A DNA stretch of 64,000 nt, taken from Candidatus Bathyarchaeota archaeon (lineage in GTDB: Archaea > Thermoproteota > Bathyarchaeia > Bathyarchaeales > Bathycorpusculaceae). The translations under genes were made by a program, and so were the position numbers. The stretch lies in NCBI GenBank assembly GCA_963720565.1, contig CAVRFW010000005.1, positions 320,001 through 384,000 on the forward strand. Direction: 5' to 3'. The notes under the pieces were generated by a model. That model saw only the letters and a program-made list of their open reading frames with translations. It was not told the DNA's origin and did no database searches. Positions 61,054 to 64,000 of the stretch are shown here, one piece after another (the stretch's first letter is position 1; the number at the start of each line of letters is the position of its first letter).

Positions 61054-62285
61054 TAGAGCTGCTCGATCTCCTGCAATACTTCCACGAAGCGGTCGACCTC
61101 TTCACGCGTGTTATATATGTAGAAGCTTGCTCGGGCAGAAGATTGCAGTCTAAAAACTTGATGCAACGGTTGCGCGCAATGGAAACCGCTGCGAATCATT
61201 ATACCGTAGTTATCAAAATAGAGTGCGACATCATGGGAGGATAAACCATCGATATTGAAGGGGATTATTCCACATTTTGAAGACAAGTCACTTGGTCCAT
61301 AGATTGTTACCTTGGGGAATTTTTGCATCTGCTTTACTGCGTACTCGTTTAGCAGTCTTTCATGCTCTAGGACATCAGCCATTCCAATCTGCTCAAGATA
61401 CTTGACGGCTTCACTCAAAGCAATAGCTCCGCTTATGTTCGGTGTTCCAGCTTCAAATTTCCAAGGCGGTTCATTCCATGTTATATCGCACCTTTCTCTT
61501 CCCTGGCTTAAAGAAACGTCTTTTATCATTTCTCCTCCCCCTTGGAAGGGACCCATTTTTTCAAGTAGGTCCCTCTTGGCATAAAGCACCCCGATTCCTG
61601 TTGGACCCAACATCTTATGTCCAGAAAAAGCTAGAAAATCTATGTCTAAATCTTTGACGTCTACCGGCATGTGTGGAACAGATTGAGCTCCATCAACCAG
61701 CATCAGAGCACTGTGCTCATGAGCCACTTTAGCTATTCGCTTAACGTCATTGACAACCCCGCTAACGTTCGAGACTTGGCTCAAGCAAGCTATTCTTGTC
61801 TTGCTGGAAAACTTGCTCTCAAAGTCTTCATAATCAAGTGTCCCATCTGCGTGAACCTGTGCGTATTTCAATGTGAACCCTCTCAGTTTTGCGACAATTT
61901 CCCATGGGACAATATTGCTGTGATGCTCCATTAAAGATACCAAAACTTCATCACCTTTTCCCAAGTTGCCAAGTCCCCAGGAATAGGCGACTAGGTTTAT
62001 AGCCTCTGTAGTGCCTCTGACAAAAACGATTTCCGACGAATCTCTTGCACCTATGAAAGCTGAAATTCTTTCGCGTGCTTTTTCGTAACGCTCGGTCGCT
62101 TCGAGAGAAATTGTGTGAACAGCCCTATGAACGTTAGCGTTATAGTTCTCGTAGAAATCGCTTATTGCTTCAATTACTTGCCGTGGTTTTTGGGCGGTAG
62201 CCGCATTGTCAAAATAGATTAGAGGGTTATTGTTGATTTTTCGTTTTAGGATCGGAAAATCTTCGCGGATTTTGTAGGGATCCAA
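61053..62285 (-). CDS. sufS: Cysteine desulfurase, class II
   Basis: IREDFPIL, YFDNAATAQKP, MEHHSNIVPW, DGAQS, SGHKMLGPTG, FEAGTP, RSGFHCAQP, RASFYIYN. Confidence 0.95.
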   Translation of the reverse strand: MDPYKIREDFPILKRKINNNPLIYFDNAATAQKPRQVIEAISDFYENYNANVHRAVHTISLEATERYEKARERISAFIGARDSSEIVFVRGTTEAINLVAYSWGLGNLGKGDEVLVSLMEHHSNIVPWEIVAKLRGFTLKYAQVHADGTLDYEDFESKFSSKTRIACLSQVSNVSGVVNDVKRIAKVAHEHSALMLVDGAQSVPHMPVDVKDLDIDFLAFSGHKMLGPTGIGVLYAKRDLLEKMGPFQGGGEMIKDVSLSQGRERCDITWNEPPWKFEAGTPNISGAIALSEAVKYLEQIGMADVLEHERLLNEYAVKQMQKFPKVTIYGPSDLSSKCGIIPFNIDGLSSHDVALYFDNYGIMIRSGFHCAQPLHQVFRLQSSARASFYIYNTREEVDRFVEVLQEIEQL

Positions 62286-62288
62286 TAA

Positions 62289-62792
62289 CTATTTTTCTCC
62301 CTCTGCCTTCAACCTCTTGGACAACATCTTTGCCAGTTCTTCCTCTTCCACTGCCTGTTTTTCCTCGAAAGTCAGTTCATTTGGCAACCAACTGGGATTG
62401 CCGCTTCTATCAGTGTAGTATTTCCTTATTGCTCGTTTCAGAGCGCCCACAGCGAGAACTCCGCAATGGAACTTGATGCTGGGTAATCCTCCGACTTCTT
62501 CAGTCACCTTTTTCCATGTTATGTCTTCCCAAGCACTCTTCAGACTGAGTCCTCGAACCATCTCAGTGACTATGCTGGAGGTGGCGATGTTGGCGGCGCA
62601 ACCGTAGCTTTCAAATGTAGCTCTTTCAATTACTTCATGCTCGTTAATTTTCAGGTAGAAAGTGATCATGTCTCCGCAGGCTGGATTGCCTGCAACTGCA
62701 GTGACTGTAGCATCTTCCATTTTTCCCAGATTCTTAGGGTTTCTGAATAAATCAAGGACTTTCGGATTGTACGGTAAAGGTACACGTGACAT
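62289..62792 (-). CDS. iscU: Fe-S cluster scaffold IscU/MisU
   Basis: F.NPKN.G, GNPACGD, GCAA.IA.SS, LPSIKFHC; charged helical C-terminal extension. Confidence 0.92.
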   Translation of the reverse strand: MSRVPLPYNPKVLDLFRNPKNLGKMEDATVTAVAGNPACGDMITFYLKINEHEVIERATFESYGCAANIATSSIVTEMVRGLSLKSAWEDITWKKVTEEVGGLPSIKFHCGVLAVGALKRAIRKYYTDRSGNPSWLPNELTFEEKQAVEEEELAKMLSKRLKAEGEK

Positions 62793-62794
62793 TC

Positions 62795-63997
62795 CTAATC
62801 AACTCCTGTTGAGCCAACTATTCCCCTTATTCTATTTACAGCCTTTGGTAGTGCTTCCAAAACATAGGCGATATCTTCGTCAGTGTGAGTTCGTATTGTT
62901 TTCATCAGTATGCTTCCGTGAGCTTCGCTGAATCTTCGGCCTATGGCTACAAGAACATGGCTTGGTTGAAGGAGTCTTCTGCTGCAAGCGCTGCCGCTTG
63001 ACACGTAGATCCCAGCCAGGCTTAGTTCAATTGTCAGAGCTTCACCCTCACACCTCAGGAAGCTCATGTTAGCATTGTCAGGTGCTCGCTTGTCGCCTTT
63101 TGGACCGTTCAGCTTAACTTCAGAGAGTTTCTCGAATATGCCACTAACTAGTTTGTCTCGCAGTCTGCGCATGCGATCCACGTTTGACTCAAAGTCCTGG
63201 AACACTAATTCGCTTGCTTTTGTGAAACCGACAATTAGGGGAGTATTTTCAATCCCTGGCCAGAGCTTCTGTGTTCCTATTTGACCTTCGAGAATTCTTT
63301 CTAGATTGACGCCTTCTCGCACATAGAGAGCGCCCATGCCTCGCGGTCCCAAAATCTTGTAGCTACTGACAGTTGCCATGTCTACTTTCAAGTCCTGCAC
63401 GTTTAGCGATATTCTGCCATATGCGTCTGAGGCATCGGTATGAAAGAGAGTTTCAGGGTTCTTGTCTTTAACGATATCCCGCGCTTCCTTTATTGGTTGT
63501 ATTGTACCGATTTCGTTGTTAACGGCTGAAAGGCTTACAAGAACGGTGTCTTTGTCAACGGTTTCCTGAAGTTTTGCAAGATCTACAAAACCTTCTTTGT
63601 CAACCGAAATTTTGACTGTAGTGAAACCGAATTTCTGCAACATCTCTGCGACATGTAAAACGTTTATGGGCTCAATCTCTGAAATCACGATTTTCTTACC
63701 CTTGTTTTTCATGGCAAAGGCCGAACTCATCAACGCAAGGTTGTTGGCTTCTGTTTCGCCTGGCGTAAAAGTAATTTCTTCGAGAATTTTTGCGCCCATG
63801 AACTTGCTGATTTTTTGAGCCGATTCCATTATGGTTTCGAAGGCTTCCCAACCAGGCTTATGCGTGAGCGTGGGGTTGCCATACGCCCGCTGACTATAGT
63901 AAGGTATCATGGCTTCAACTACCTCCCCAGGCACGACGGTTGAGTTTTCGTTATCCAAGTAAACTTCACGGGCAATATTCTCGTGCGCTTTGAGCAA
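62795..63997 (-). CDS. IscS/NifS-like class I cysteine desulfurase homolog with a degenerate active site (start at or beyond the window edge)
   Basis: YLDN, GNP, TEANN, NNEIGTIQP, K.LGP.G.GALY, EGEA, VSSGSACS, PSHVL.AIG. Confidence 0.88.
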   Translation of the reverse strand: MLKAHENIAREVYLDNENSTVVPGEVVEAMIPYYSQRAYGNPTLTHKPGWEAFETIMESAQKISKFMGAKILEEITFTPGETEANNLALMSSAFAMKNKGKKIVISEIEPINVLHVAEMLQKFGFTTVKISVDKEGFVDLAKLQETVDKDTVLVSLSAVNNEIGTIQPIKEARDIVKDKNPETLFHTDASDAYGRISLNVQDLKVDMATVSSYKILGPRGMGALYVREGVNLERILEGQIGTQKLWPGIENTPLIVGFTKASELVFQDFESNVDRMRRLRDKLVSGIFEKLSEVKLNGPKGDKRAPDNANMSFLRCEGEALTIELSLAGIYVSSGSACSRRLLQPSHVLVAIGRRFSEAHGSILMKTIRTHTDEDIAYVLEALPKAVNRIRGIVGSTGVD

Positions 63998-64000
63998 TTC

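Overview
Archaeal chromosomal segment (TFE, aMBF1, NAC, aTrm56, archease, Alba, archaeal-type ThrRS). Gene content and style suggest a TACK archaeon, most likely Bathyarchaeia; this is inference, not tested by search. Many genes, including essential proS and rtcB, are split by single-base indels that are mostly +1, so this looks like an imperfect long-read consensus rather than mass pseudogenisation. Left to right: the end of a glycosyltransferase cluster; a CobD/HisC-like aminotransferase and a B12-binding radical SAM enzyme; a complete seven-gene DapL-type lysine operon with a perfect Lrp/LysM-like palindrome upstream of its TATA box; a bacterial-type NAD(P)-dependent Mtd homolog; TET peptidase; archease-adk-rtcB; tRNA-Gly(TCC) followed by a probable relic integrated element (int(N)-like ORF reading into the tRNA, orphan solute-binding protein, STAND ATPase-TPR-inactive KaiC-like protein); proS, AOR, aminotransferases, thrS; a conserved informational cluster (NAC, PUA, MBF1, hflX, trm56, tfe); an ArsR/Fe-S/YgbA operon with a strong operator; an unannotated 37-aa Cys-rich ORF; a tandem YegP-Alba fusion; tRNA-Val(TAC); a ~14 kb surface-glycan cluster; and an Fe-S assembly operon. 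That operon is the most novel-looking system: its IscS-like protein has lost most PLP/substrate-binding residues but kept the loop Cys, and it sits beside IscU, an intact SufS and a small Cys-containing protein.
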